Below, one piece after another: positions 46,063 to 55,979 of a stretch of DNA of 64,000 nt. The stretch comes from a virus. Lineage: Duplodnaviria > Caudoviricetes. Each line of letters opens with the position of its first letter. Within the stretch, counting starts at the first letter, position 1. The notes beneath the pieces were generated by a model. That model saw only the letters and a list, made by a program, of their open reading frames with translations. It made no database searches and was not told where the DNA came from. The position numbers and the translations under genes are program-made. The DNA lies in IMG/VR virus record IMGVR_UViG_3300043391_000675, positions 26,006 through 90,005 of that record. One strand, written 5' to 3'.

Positions 46063-47376
46063 TTATTTTGTTAATTCGCTAACGGAACCGAGGAAAGTGC
46101 CGTTCCATTTTGATTTTTTGATTGTTACTCCTGTTGACCCGCCAAGGTCAGAGGACTTCTTGATTGCAGTGTCTGATTCTACTGCGTCTACTCTTTTTTC
46201 AACTGTGTCCATGATAGACTTAATTGAATCAACTGCTGTTGAGAGTTCTGTGTGCTTTTCTGCTAATTCTGAAATTCTCAAATCGACATTCTTGCTAAAA
46301 GCTTCGACTGTCTCCTTGATTGTTGAAACCTGAGCAGCGTTTGCCTCAGAGGCCTTTTCCAAAGTCTCTGAGAAGAAACCCTTAAGGTCGCCTAGCATTT
46401 TAACAAAGTCAGGTGATTCCTGAGCTGTTAGTTCTGCTGATTTTTCCAGAACTTCGGCAGAAGTTACTTCAGCTACAACTTCAGCAGAATCTTGTTCTAC
46501 TGGGGCAACTTCTTCAATAATTTCTGCAGGTGTTTCTACAACTGCTTCTTCTACTACTGGAGTTGCTTCTGTTACATTAAGCTTTTCCACTTCATTTCCT
46601 CCTTCTGCAATTGCCGTATTTATATTTTGTGTTTCAGGCAATGTTTGCAATCTTGATCTACGTGAATCAAGAATCTTTTCTATTTCTTTTCCTTTGTTTA
46701 CGTCGTTTGACTCTACCCATCCAATGAGCTCTGTCTTTTTTCCAGTAACTGGAGACAAGTATTCTGACTCTGTTGACATAAATACAGAGTCGCTGTCTGC
46801 ACAATAAAAAATATTTTCCATTTTAACATCTGCTGCGATGCCTTTAAAAACCATTTGTCCGTTTACTTTTTCAATAGAAAAAATGTTACATAGTTCGTTT
46901 GCTGGTGAATCAACGATTGATAATTCAACTAGTGCATAATCTTTAATAAATCTTACTGATGCTCCTGTTGATTTGTTTACTTCGTTATCTGATTCAAGAA
47001 TCTTTCCGCCAATTGAGAAACCTGTTAGTGTTCCGTCTAGAACCTTCTCCCATGTATCCTGAGCGCCTTTTGAAATGTATGCATCAACGTAAACTCCGTT
47101 GTAAAATTCTTTTGTTATTGGGTCGTAAAAAGTTTCTGGTCTGAATGAAGCAACCTTGCCGACTGCAAGTGGCTGATGCATTTCTCTTAGGTTTCCTCTG
47201 AAACCTTCAAATGCTTTCATGCTTGCTTCTTGTGTAACGACGTCACCAGTCTGATCTAGGTTGTCTAATGTTGCAAAACCTGAGACTGTTCTTTTTTCTC
47301 TATTGACCTTTGTAAACGGAACAGCTAAATTAATAGCATTTCCATTTGAAGACCAATGTGACTTTTCGATAATCAT
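46063..47376 (-). CDS. Prohead protease fused to acidic scaffold domain
   Basis: VSGFATLDNLDQTGD, REMHQ, GFSIGG, ELSIVDSPAN; E/V/A-rich linker and coiled coil. Confidence 0.88.
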   Translation of the reverse strand: MIIEKSHWSSNGNAINLAVPFTKVNREKRTVSGFATLDNLDQTGDVVTQEASMKAFEGFRGNLREMHQPLAVGKVASFRPETFYDPITKEFYNGVYVDAYISKGAQDTWEKVLDGTLTGFSIGGKILESDNEVNKSTGASVRFIKDYALVELSIVDSPANELCNIFSIEKVNGQMVFKGIAADVKMENIFYCADSDSVFMSTESEYLSPVTGKKTELIGWVESNDVNKGKEIEKILDSRRSRLQTLPETQNINTAIAEGGNEVEKLNVTEATPVVEEAVVETPAEIIEEVAPVEQDSAEVVAEVTSAEVLEKSAELTAQESPDFVKMLGDLKGFFSETLEKASEANAAQVSTIKETVEAFSKNVDLRISELAEKHTELSTAVDSIKSIMDTVEKRVDAVESDTAIKKSSDLGGSTGVTIKKSKWNGTFLGSVSELTK

Positions 47377-47385
47377 ATGTTATAT

Positions 47386-47416
47386 ATTATAGAGATTATT
47401 GTATCAAAAGGCAAAT
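47386..47416 (-). promoter_or_regulatory. Putative late promoter for protease-capsid operon
   Basis: ATTTGCCTTTT; TTGCCT-17 nt-TATAAT; ATG 9 nt downstream. Confidence 0.6.
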
Positions 47417-47432
47417 AAGTAGTTGAGTAGAA

Positions 47433-49013
47433 CTAGTTAACTTGTCTTCCATCTCCCTTTGCATTTCTGCCCTCCCCAGATTTATCTGGCGAATTAGCGG
47501 ATCTTTCTTGATCACGGGCTCTGCTTTGGGTTGCTTGGGCTTTAATTTCTGCGGCTTGGGCTGCAAGATCTACTGGGACATCTCCACCATCTCGTGGAAC
47601 CATTCCCATTCTTACTCTAATTTCATTTGGAGTTATTACCTGGAATCTAAGATATCTTTCATCTATCTTTGATTGGGTGTCAGCATCCGTCAAACTTAAT
47701 TCATTAAATTTAAGTTCTAGGGCATCAGTCATTTCTTGAATTATCTTATTCAATTTCTTTTCTAGGTTTTCCTGTGCTGGGCGACAAACCTGCTCTTTAA
47801 ATGTCTTATCTGCATCTCTAGCAGCAGCTAAATTAATACCTGCTGGAGTACCAATTTTATTAATTGGAACTCTGTGGGCCATTAATATTTCATCTCTATT
47901 TGAGCTTCTGTATTTTTCAAATGAGCCTTCCTGTGCTCCTGCCTCAATTGGCTCCATTTTAAATTCAGTTTTTGAGTCTGGAGAATCTGGAGGAAGTGGA
48001 ATATATAGAGATCTGTGGTTCTTTCCTCTTAGTCCTACCTGGAAAAACTCAAGTAATTTTCTTTCTGATTCTGGTGAAAGCTTTGCGCCTTTTACTGTAA
48101 TAATATATCTTGGTACCGCTTTATTTTCAAAGTAGTCTAGATTATATTTACCAGCAAATTCATTACCAGCCATTGAATTTTGTGCAGCAATAATATCTGG
48201 AATTCCATAATAGTTATTCTTTGGAGTGTACTTCTTTATATGAATAATTTCATTTGGTCTATCTTCTTGACCTGCTATTGGATTAACTGTTTTAGTGTCT
48301 CCAAAGTTTCTAAAATATACCGCCTTGCCATAAAGAAGCTGTATGAATCCGTCTCTGAAGCGTCTTACACGCATTGTCTTTGACGGTATATGTCCTATGT
48401 ACCCTATCTTGCCAGTTGTCGTTCTACCGACCTCCAGATAGCCATTACCAGTGGCTTCGTAGTCAGTGTAGAACTTAACGAGGGTCTCTTTAAATGTTTC
48501 ATCTTCATTGCAATCTTCAAGCCATTGGTGAAGGTCTTGCTTAATTCTATTTAACTTTTTACGAGCTCTTTCTAGCTGCTTCTCGTCTTCAATATCTTCA
48601 AGTGTGTCTGTAGTTTTTTTTGATTCAATAAAGTCAAAACCAAGGCCAACAATATTAGCAACCTTTGCATTTATTGCTGCATAGTTGTATGGAGAAATTT
48701 CATAAATTGTTGAAAGATAATCAAGGTTGTACTCTGGCTGAATTAAGTCAAATGTGGCGTATCCGCTTACTGCCTGTTGATGTTGAAGTTGCTGGCTTAC
48801 TGAGCCATCCTTACCAACAAAAGCTTTTTGAAGATCTCTAGATATTTTTCTTCTAAATGATGGTCCAAGGCCTGAAAGCTTTAATAGTTCTTCTGAGTCT
48901 ATATCAAATGCGTCATCAGTTTTTTGTGTTGTAGGATTATTAAATCTCATCCAGTCAGCAACATTAGATATCTCTACGCTATCTGTAACTGCATCTTCAT
49001 CGTATTCAATCAT
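47433..49013 (-). CDS. Portal protein (HK97 family)
   Basis: DYEATGNGYLEV, EIIHIKKY...YYGIP, YFENKAVP, ILMAHRVP, ITPNEIRVRMG. Confidence 0.93.
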   Translation of the reverse strand: MIEYDEDAVTDSVEISNVADWMRFNNPTTQKTDDAFDIDSEELLKLSGLGPSFRRKISRDLQKAFVGKDGSVSQQLQHQQAVSGYATFDLIQPEYNLDYLSTIYEISPYNYAAINAKVANIVGLGFDFIESKKTTDTLEDIEDEKQLERARKKLNRIKQDLHQWLEDCNEDETFKETLVKFYTDYEATGNGYLEVGRTTTGKIGYIGHIPSKTMRVRRFRDGFIQLLYGKAVYFRNFGDTKTVNPIAGQEDRPNEIIHIKKYTPKNNYYGIPDIIAAQNSMAGNEFAGKYNLDYFENKAVPRYIITVKGAKLSPESERKLLEFFQVGLRGKNHRSLYIPLPPDSPDSKTEFKMEPIEAGAQEGSFEKYRSSNRDEILMAHRVPINKIGTPAGINLAAARDADKTFKEQVCRPAQENLEKKLNKIIQEMTDALELKFNELSLTDADTQSKIDERYLRFQVITPNEIRVRMGMVPRDGGDVPVDLAAQAAEIKAQATQSRARDQERSANSPDKSGEGRNAKGDGRQVN

Positions 49014-49354
49014 TTTTGAGGACCCCTAAGTTTAGCCATTTCTTCCTTATGGACTCCTATGTCCAATGGATCTGGGGTTAATCCCCATCTTAATCTTTGT
49101 TTTTGATATTCAAATTCTTCGTCATCAATTTGTCGGCTGCCCTCAATAAACTTAGGCTGGCCTTCTTCAATTCCATAGTGAGCAACTGCCTTTGCTAGCA
49201 ATTCAATTCTTTCTTTATTACCAAACATTGATGCTATTGAAAGAAAGCTGTTGTCTTCGTCGCCAATCCATCTTCCATCAGGCATTTCCCAGACATAGAC
49301 TCCCAGCCTAGTTTCGCCAGATTTCATTTGAGCATTGATTCTTTTAATGTCCAT
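49010..49354 (-). CDS. Hypothetical protein upstream of portal (near-leaderless)
   Basis: 114-aa ORF; TGGTAAAAT ends 8 nt before ATG; ATGA overlap with portal. Confidence 0.75.
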   Translation of the reverse strand: MDIKRINAQMKSGETRLGVYVWEMPDGRWIGDEDNSFLSIASMFGNKERIELLAKAVAHYGIEEGQPKFIEGSRQIDDEEFEYQKQRLRWGLTPDPLDIGVHKEEMAKLRGPQK

Positions 49355-49394
49355 AGTTAATTATTTTACCATTCTTATATACATAAGTCCAGCT

Positions 49395-49417
49395 TTTTGT
49401 CACACAACCTGACAAAA
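49395..49417. terminator. Inverted repeat directly after LamG gene stop
   Basis: TTTTGTCA-7 nt-TGACAAAA. Confidence 0.4.
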
Positions 49418-51181
49418 TTACAGGATTTGGAACACAACCCTGTCTCTAGAGTATGTTGAGACTGACTCTTCTGTCATTGCCATTGACGAACCTTGGCCAA
49501 TAGATAAAGTTTTGCCTATATAAAGGTCATAATGCTCTTGATGGCTAATTAAAGGGTTTGAGTATAGAGCTATATTTTGATAAAGGTTATCATCAAGGAC
49601 ATTGGATCTTACTCCCAAAAGCTGCTTACCATTAAACCAAATTGGGCCAGATATAATGCTAGAGGTTTTTATCAATATATAGTTTGGCTCATCTAGATAT
49701 AAGTAGGAGGATATGTTTGTTGCTGAGGATACATCCTGACCATTTATATAGATATTGCTAATATTAGATTTTGATATCGCTCCGCCTGCCGCCCAAGAAA
49801 AAGATGTCTCTGTTGCGCCAGTCTTATTAAATATTAAGTTTCCGCTAGAAAGAGTTTTTGGAGTAAATATCATTTCAATATTCCGCACATCATTTACTGA
49901 GTCTATAAAGAAGGCTGAAGATTTTGGCCTTATTCCATTATCATAATTTCTAGTTCTAATTGGATAGCTGTTATTTGATACATCAAAATCCCAAGTAGCA
50001 CCAGATGTTGGCTGAGATATTGATAGGTTGCTTCCTCCATTATGGGCAAACATTTTCTTTTCAGAGTAGAAATAGATCTTTAAAGAATACAGCTCTGGAA
50101 TGTAAAGATCTGAATTTGATGAAGCAAATACTATTTTAAAGTATAGAACCTTAGTTGAAGAAAATGCAGACCCCTGAGTGAATCCTGGTATTGAAGACCC
50201 GTTTGAACATATCTGCCAGGGACCTGAGCTAGATACCTCAGATACATACACGGATACTCCTTTAGAGGCAACCCAATCTATCTTTGAAGATACATATTGT
50301 TTTGTAATATTTAGAACTAAATCTTCTACAAACTCTCCAGTTGTAAATCCTGAATTTAAATAAACACTATTGTTTCTTGAATTATATCCTAATGCTGCGT
50401 TGTCATAGATAAGTGATTCCCAAGATACTTGAACTGGATAAACATATCTAGTTTCAATGTCTTGATATTTTTCTGCCCCTCTAAATAGTTCTCCTAGATC
50501 TGGAACTGAAATCTGCTCATCTGTATTTAAAAATAAATTATTATAATGTGACAACACTGCATCTGCAGTAAGTGCGTATCTATAAACTGCTGGACAGTCA
50601 ATTAAAAAATGTTCTCCCGCTGTTGTGGGACCTGAAGATAAAGTTATGCTGGGATTGGTAAAAGATATTGATATTGCTTTAGATGCAACAAGATGGCCGT
50701 CTACATATAGACTCATCGAGTTTACTGAGTACACTCCAACAACATGAATCACCCTATTTGAGTTAGGCACAGAGTAATCAAGTCTTTCTGATTCTAATTT
50801 AAATATTACATTTCCATTTTGCCAATACAGGCCTATACCGTCTATGTCTGCAAATAGTGGGGTTAAAGATGTTAATGTTTTTGGGTGAATCCAAGCTTCA
50901 AGAGTAAAGTCATTGTCGTAGGTTGATGGAGTTGCAAACCCTCCAGTACCAGTAGTTCCAGAAAAATCTTTTGAGATAACAAACTGAATTGATTTAGTGC
51001 TATCTATTTTATTTGAGTGTCTACCACCAGATACTATTGGCATTCCAGATATTTCAATCCCGCCTACATAGGACCCGTTGTTTCCGCATCCAGAAATATC
51101 GTAGGCAATGGTGCCAGAAGTTTCATCGAGCTTCCATAGTCCAGTAGGCGAGTCTTTTATTGTAGAAAGATAGTATGACAT
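49418..51181 (-). CDS. LamG/ConA-like domain virion protein
   Basis: PTGLWKLDETSGTIAYDISG, FTLEAWI, HVVGVY...LYVDG, AVYRYALTAD. Confidence 0.8.
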   Translation of the reverse strand: MSYYLSTIKDSPTGLWKLDETSGTIAYDISGCGNNGSYVGGIEISGMPIVSGGRHSNKIDSTKSIQFVISKDFSGTTGTGGFATPSTYDNDFTLEAWIHPKTLTSLTPLFADIDGIGLYWQNGNVIFKLESERLDYSVPNSNRVIHVVGVYSVNSMSLYVDGHLVASKAISISFTNPSITLSSGPTTAGEHFLIDCPAVYRYALTADAVLSHYNNLFLNTDEQISVPDLGELFRGAEKYQDIETRYVYPVQVSWESLIYDNAALGYNSRNNSVYLNSGFTTGEFVEDLVLNITKQYVSSKIDWVASKGVSVYVSEVSSSGPWQICSNGSSIPGFTQGSAFSSTKVLYFKIVFASSNSDLYIPELYSLKIYFYSEKKMFAHNGGSNLSISQPTSGATWDFDVSNNSYPIRTRNYDNGIRPKSSAFFIDSVNDVRNIEMIFTPKTLSSGNLIFNKTGATETSFSWAAGGAISKSNISNIYINGQDVSSATNISSYLYLDEPNYILIKTSSIISGPIWFNGKQLLGVRSNVLDDNLYQNIALYSNPLISHQEHYDLYIGKTLSIGQGSSMAMTEESVSTYSRDRVVFQIL

Positions 51182-51348
51182 TATTTCCTAAAGAATATCT
51201 TTTTTAATTTTTTAAATACGCTAGAAACATCCTGCTTATTTTTTTCATAAGCTTTATCCGTTCTGTCAATAAAGGCATGGCTTTTAAAGTATGGGTTAAA
51301 TTGAACATCTGTAAAATGTCTTCTAGGGATTCTTTTATAAGGAGTCAT
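51181..51348 (-). CDS. Small basic protein (55 aa, leaderless; not in ORF track)
   Basis: MTPYKRIPRRHFTDVQFNPYFKSHAFID...KKIFFRK; TATAAT 7 nt upstream; TAATG overlap. Confidence 0.65.
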   Translation of the reverse strand: MTPYKRIPRRHFTDVQFNPYFKSHAFIDRTDKAYEKNKQDVSSVFKKLKKIFFRK

Positions 51349-51379
51349 ATTTAATATTATACTACAATAAGTCCTAAAA

Positions 51380-51844
51380 TCAACAGTCTAGCTTTTTGTC
51401 AATTCCCAAATTTGATAAGAATCTCTCTGGGTCAAATCTCCAGTTATCTTTGGCAAATGAGGTCATTATCTCCATACAGGTATTCTCATATGCTTGAATT
51501 GAAATTAAAGGCTTTAGGCCTAATAAGGTTTCTGTAACATCTATATAGTTTGTTCTTAAGAATGTTGGATCCCCCGCCTGATTTCTTTTAAACACCTTTT
51601 CATTTATTTTGCCTGTAGGCTCATATAGCCTAACTGTAAGATATTGTTTTGCAAATCCCCAGTCGTTGTACATATTGTATGCTTGTGCTGCCTCTATAGC
51701 ATTTGGGAAGAATATAATTGATCTTGCTGGCTCTTCCCCATCTCTTGCAATTGTAAGCATATAGGCATCGGACTTTTTATTTGCTACAGTCTCAATGTAC
51801 TCTCTAACAACATCGTGATGCTCTTGCTTTAGCTGTCCGCTCAT
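51380..51844 (-). CDS. Hypothetical protein closing the oxygenase operon
   Basis: 154-aa ORF abutting the methyltransferase stop. Confidence 0.7.
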   Translation of the reverse strand: MSGQLKQEHHDVVREYIETVANKKSDAYMLTIARDGEEPARSIIFFPNAIEAAQAYNMYNDWGFAKQYLTVRLYEPTGKINEKVFKRNQAGDPTFLRTNYIDVTETLLGLKPLISIQAYENTCMEIMTSFAKDNWRFDPERFLSNLGIDKKLDC

Positions 51845-52444
51845 TTATGTCCACGCCATCTTAAATTTTTCTCTAAAATCCAAATACGGTATAGCGTATG
51901 GATCTACCCACCAATCTTCATGCCACTCTCTAACAACTAGCTTATAACCAAATGAAGAAAGAATTTCTCTTTGCGCCTCACGCATTCCCTTATTGTTATA
52001 TTCAATTTGAGAGTCATGTTCAAAAGTAATTACAGAAAACCTATACTTGCTTAAAGGAATAGCAAGTAGTCCGTGTAAAGTTAAGTAGGGATTCCCCACA
52101 GAGTTTCCTTCTGGGGTATACCCAGCATCTATGTCAACCTGCAAGTAGTCTATTTGTTTTGGAAAATTATTGTCTTCAAAATAGGAAAGATAATTAAAAT
52201 GTGTTGCGTCTCCCAAAATGCATGGGTTTTTTCTATTTGAAACGAACTCTGCGTGTCTTTCTGGGTCTATTTCAAATGAAACACCGTTCCACTTATAATC
52301 TGTTTCTAGATGATAGGTGTTGCTTCCTTTTTTAGAATCAAATGCGCCTAGCTCTACGTAGTAACCATTTTCTTTATTTTTAAGTAAATCCAGCACAAAT
52401 TTTTCTTGTCCACTATTTCCCTTATACTCCATGATATTCTCCAA
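51845..52444 (-). CDS. FkbM-like SAM-dependent methyltransferase
   Basis: YYVELGAFDSKKGSNTY, IDYLQVDID, ITFEHD; ATG at 52432 may be the true start. Confidence 0.75.
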   Translation of the reverse strand: MENIMEYKGNSGQEKFVLDLLKNKENGYYVELGAFDSKKGSNTYHLETDYKWNGVSFEIDPERHAEFVSNRKNPCILGDATHFNYLSYFEDNNFPKQIDYLQVDIDAGYTPEGNSVGNPYLTLHGLLAIPLSKYRFSVITFEHDSQIEYNNKGMREAQREILSSFGYKLVVREWHEDWWVDPYAIPYLDFREKFKMAWT

Positions 52445-53015
52445 ATAAGTCTTTGTTTAATGATATACCTTTATCATCAACGTGATGTTTTACAAATACT
52501 GTTGATATATATCTAACTACATCATTTTTTACTGGCTTTGTACCATGTAAAATTTTCCCGCCATGAATAACCAGCGATCTACTTTTTGGTTTGTGCACTA
52601 TATTTAAATCAGGATAATCTAATTCACCGCCGCTGTAGTCATCATTATAATAAAGAACAGCACCATAAAATACCTTTTGATTAGAAGCCCTATGACCCTC
52701 ATGATCATCGGTGTGAAGTCCAAGGAAGTCATCCATTTTATATCTTTGTAAATTTATTCCAGTAACATCAACATTGCCAGAAAACAGTGCAGATATTCTA
52801 TTATAAAAATCTAAAAAAATGCTACATGAATTTACAAGTTTTCTATTTAAAACTCTAGAATCCCAAAACTCATATGTTAGATCTTCTTCATGCCACTCAG
52901 AATCATTTCTAAGATTTATAAATTGCATTACCTGATCAAGCTCTTCTTCTGTTATAAAATTTTGTATTTCATAAACTTGATCAGATAACTTTGCAATTTT
53001 ATAGTCTAACATCAA
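52422..53015 (-). CDS. 2OG-Fe(II) oxygenase, prolyl-4-hydroxylase-like (6th of array)
   Basis: HTD, YYNDDYSGGEL, HGTKPVKNDVVR. Confidence 0.9.
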   Translation of the reverse strand: MMLDYKIAKLSDQVYEIQNFITEEELDQVMQFINLRNDSEWHEEDLTYEFWDSRVLNRKLVNSCSIFLDFYNRISALFSGNVDVTGINLQRYKMDDFLGLHTDDHEGHRASNQKVFYGAVLYYNDDYSGGELDYPDLNIVHKPKSRSLVIHGGKILHGTKPVKNDVVRYISTVFVKHHVDDKGISLNKDLFGEYHGV

Positions 53016-53020
53016 CTACA

Positions 53021-53779
53021 TTATTCTTGGTTTTGTTCGTGATAAGCTTTGATGTATTCTTCTGATGGTCCTCCTGGACCTCCAACAACATAACCATCAA
53101 CAAATATGAATCCAGGAGTAATAAACTTATCTCCTTGTTTCATGATATGAACCTGATGCTTGTATGGATCTGTAGATGGGAAAATTAATGCACTACCAGC
53201 TTTTGGCTTTGCAGTAAATGTAACCATGTCTTTGGTTCTTGGATCTAGTGCATCATCTGGTGGTCTAAGGTGACCATTTACTTCTAATCTTAGATCTTCT
53301 GGTCTAATAACAAATGAAATCTCTCCGCCTTCGTAGTCATCGTTCCAGTAAATGATAATTGACCACTCTAAGCTGTTGTCTCCAGCTTGTCTATCGAAGT
53401 GTGCTCCCATTGCACAACCCTCAATATATTTTTGAATACCAACAAATGGTGATACGTTTGGAACACCCTTAAGACCTCTATCAACAATAAAAGATTCTGA
53501 TATATTCTTAATAGCATTTCTAATTGTTGATATGATAAAGTCTACATCTTTTCTTATATCTTCATCTAAATTTTCTACCTCAGAAAGATTAAAGTCCTTT
53601 TTCTTTCCAAAGATGTTACCGTCTCTGCTGCTTGAATTCCAGTTTTTCCATTTTGGAATAACCTTGTGAACTCTTTCATCAGAATCTAGCTTATTTATTA
53701 AATCAATAATTGCTTGTGGATTCTCAATTACATCTGAGTACATGTAAACATTTTCATGTAATTTTTCTTCTAGCTTCAT
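53021..53779 (-). CDS. 2OG-Fe(II) oxygenase, P4H-like (5th)
   Basis: [25 protein letters not shown]. Confidence 0.9.
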   Translation of the reverse strand: MKLEEKLHENVYMYSDVIENPQAIIDLINKLDSDERVHKVIPKWKNWNSSSRDGNIFGKKKDFNLSEVENLDEDIRKDVDFIISTIRNAIKNISESFIVDRGLKGVPNVSPFVGIQKYIEGCAMGAHFDRQAGDNSLEWSIIIYWNDDYEGGEISFVIRPEDLRLEVNGHLRPPDDALDPRTKDMVTFTAKPKAGSALIFPSTDPYKHQVHIMKQGDKFITPGFIFVDGYVVGGPGGPSEEYIKAYHEQNQE

Positions 53780-54522
53780 TAGTCGTTCTCCTCTATTTTG
53801 TATTTATTTCCGTCTAGATCTATCTTATAACCTTCTTTTAATGCATCCTGCCATTCCGATTTAATAACTTCTTGCTCTTCTCTAATCTTTTTCATTTCTG
53901 CATCCCAGGCATCTATTGTTTCTTGAGGATAATCCTCTGGGGCCCGATCATCCCAAAATGATCCTAGTGTGTATCTTATACCAGAAGTTATCATTGTAAC
54001 CTCATGAGTATTATCAAAGCCTCCTGCAAAAGCCGCTAAAGTCCCAGTCTCTGGAATAAGTGTATGGTTTTGTTTATTAAATATTAGCTGTCCGCCTTCA
54101 AACTCATCATTTAAATACAAGAAAGCTGCGTACCTACTTCTTTCAAATGGCCCCGTGTTTCCCTGTAAATCTGTATTGTCTGAGTGTTCTTTTGCGTAAG
54201 CTCCAGGCTCCCATTTTTGAGCATGAAATCCAATCTTATGAATATCTGAAGAAGAGTTTCCATGAACTTCAGCAACTGAATCAATAATCTTATTTTGAAG
54301 TGTAGAGAAAAAATCTGAAGCTAAACCAAATTGTTCTAGCTCCTCGTCACCGTCTTGTGGCAAGACAGAAGAGTATGATTCGTAAAAAGTGATTGGAGTC
54401 CATGACAATTTTTCATTTGCAACTTGAGCCTCTAAAACTTTTATTATTGCAGAAGATTCTTCTTTTGTTAAAAAGTTTTTAAATACTAAAATATCTGCTG
54501 TTAATCTTTCTGAAGTACTCAT
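53779..54522 (-). CDS. 2OG-Fe(II) oxygenase, P4H-like (4th)
   Basis: HSD, YLNDEFEGGQL, HEVTMITSGIR. Confidence 0.9.
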   Translation of the reverse strand: MSTSERLTADILVFKNFLTKEESSAIIKVLEAQVANEKLSWTPITFYESYSSVLPQDGDEELEQFGLASDFFSTLQNKIIDSVAEVHGNSSSDIHKIGFHAQKWEPGAYAKEHSDNTDLQGNTGPFERSRYAAFLYLNDEFEGGQLIFNKQNHTLIPETGTLAAFAGGFDNTHEVTMITSGIRYTLGSFWDDRAPEDYPQETIDAWDAEMKKIREEQEVIKSEWQDALKEGYKIDLDGNKYKIEEND

Positions 54523-55250
54523 TTATTTATATCTCCATCTAGTAGTGTTCTGTAATATTTTTTATTTGGATCTGGCTGGTTTTCTCCAGTATGCTCTAGA
54601 ATCTCCCAGAAAAATGGGCAGGTGTATCTTATGGCACCTTTAATTTCAGTTACTCCATGAATATAATTCATATCTCCTGGAAAGAAATATGCTGCTCCTT
54701 TTTTAGGCTTAAACTGTACATCTTGGAGAGGAAAATATAATTCTCCGCCCTCATAGTCGTCATTTAAATAAAACAGACTTGAGAGGTCATAGTTTGGAAA
54801 ATCATTTGGCAATCCAATATCTGGAAGTTCATGAAGCTCTTTATCTGCATGTGGTTTCTGGAACTGTCCAGGAAGCCAACGAACAATTGTTGTTCCAGTT
54901 GGAGTTACTTTAACCTTATAAAAATCTTCAACAATTGGCTTTAGTCTTTCAAACAAGCCTTGAAGAATAGGTCTAATCTTTGGATCATTCTTATCTAAAG
55001 ACGGGCTTGTGCAAACTCTATCTTTCCAGTAATTAGCATCGTATACCGTTGTACCATTTTCATTAACATGGCTTTCAGTTACATCCCAAATAGTTATTTT
55101 TCTAGCAGCTGCCTCAAGAAAATCTATCTCTTCTTGAGTCATAAAGTTTTCTAGTTCAACTATCATGTCCTTGCCATACCCAAAGAATCCAGAAGGCGTG
55201 AGAGATGGTGTCTTGTATACTACTGAAGCATCCTGATTTGTTGAGTTCAT
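54519..55250 (-). CDS. 2OG-Fe(II) oxygenase, P4H-like (3rd)
   Basis: [25 protein letters not shown]. Confidence 0.9.
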   Translation of the reverse strand: MNSTNQDASVVYKTPSLTPSGFFGYGKDMIVELENFMTQEEIDFLEAAARKITIWDVTESHVNENGTTVYDANYWKDRVCTSPSLDKNDPKIRPILQGLFERLKPIVEDFYKVKVTPTGTTIVRWLPGQFQKPHADKELHELPDIGLPNDFPNYDLSSLFYLNDDYEGGELYFPLQDVQFKPKKGAAYFFPGDMNYIHGVTEIKGAIRYTCPFFWEILEHTGENQPDPNKKYYRTLLDGDINK

Positions 55251-55262
55251 TTTTCTATTATA

Positions 55263-55979
55263 TCATTTCTTGTCTTTAGAGGTAAGATCAGTAATCTTTA
55301 GCTTTAAAGACTTTACCTCGTGACTGCCTAGGCTATTTCCTAAATAGTCTACTGCATCTCTATAAAAATTTGTAAATCCGCCCTTTTTAGTAATTTCGTC
55401 CCAAACTTTTTGTCTTTTTTCTTGTTCTTTTAAATCCATACCTTCAAACACTTTGTCTTTAATTTCAAGCTCGACATTTTGATACTCTTTTAATGATATT
55501 GGAATAAAAGTAGCAACTGGCATTCCAGCTGGAATTTTAATTATAGTATTTGGCCTTGTAATTCTCCAGGCAATAGGGATTGCTTCTTTTAAAACTGAAG
55601 TTGATATTACTGTTGTAAATGGGGTTGCTCCATCAACAAAAAAGTTAGGGGGAACGATTTGTAACATTGAAACGTTTTCAGGTGTATCAAAATAGAATCC
55701 AGAATAAAAACTTATAGTAGCGTTTCCTCTTACTGTTGTGGGAACACCTACTGGGCCTGATAATATGGTTACATGATCTGGGGTTGTATCTGAAATTCCA
55801 TCCCAAATAAACTCAATATCATCTAAAAAAGAAATTGACCAGCCAACTGTATTTGCCAGAGAAACTGGAAAACATTTGTAGGCATGAGCATCTAAAGTAT
55901 CATCCATCCAGTCTCTTTTGACTTTAGTCTGTTCAATTTTAGATCTAGTCTGTTTATTTTTATATACTGTTATTTTCAT
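55263..55979 (-). CDS. DUF6065-like protein
   Basis: RDWMDDTLDAHAYKCFPVSLANTVGW, KIPAGMPVATFIP. Confidence 0.7.
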   Translation of the reverse strand: MKITVYKNKQTRSKIEQTKVKRDWMDDTLDAHAYKCFPVSLANTVGWSISFLDDIEFIWDGISDTTPDHVTILSGPVGVPTTVRGNATISFYSGFYFDTPENVSMLQIVPPNFFVDGATPFTTVISTSVLKEAIPIAWRITRPNTIIKIPAGMPVATFIPISLKEYQNVELEIKDKVFEGMDLKEQEKRQKVWDEITKKGGFTNFYRDAVDYLGNSLGSHEVKSLKLKITDLTSKDKK

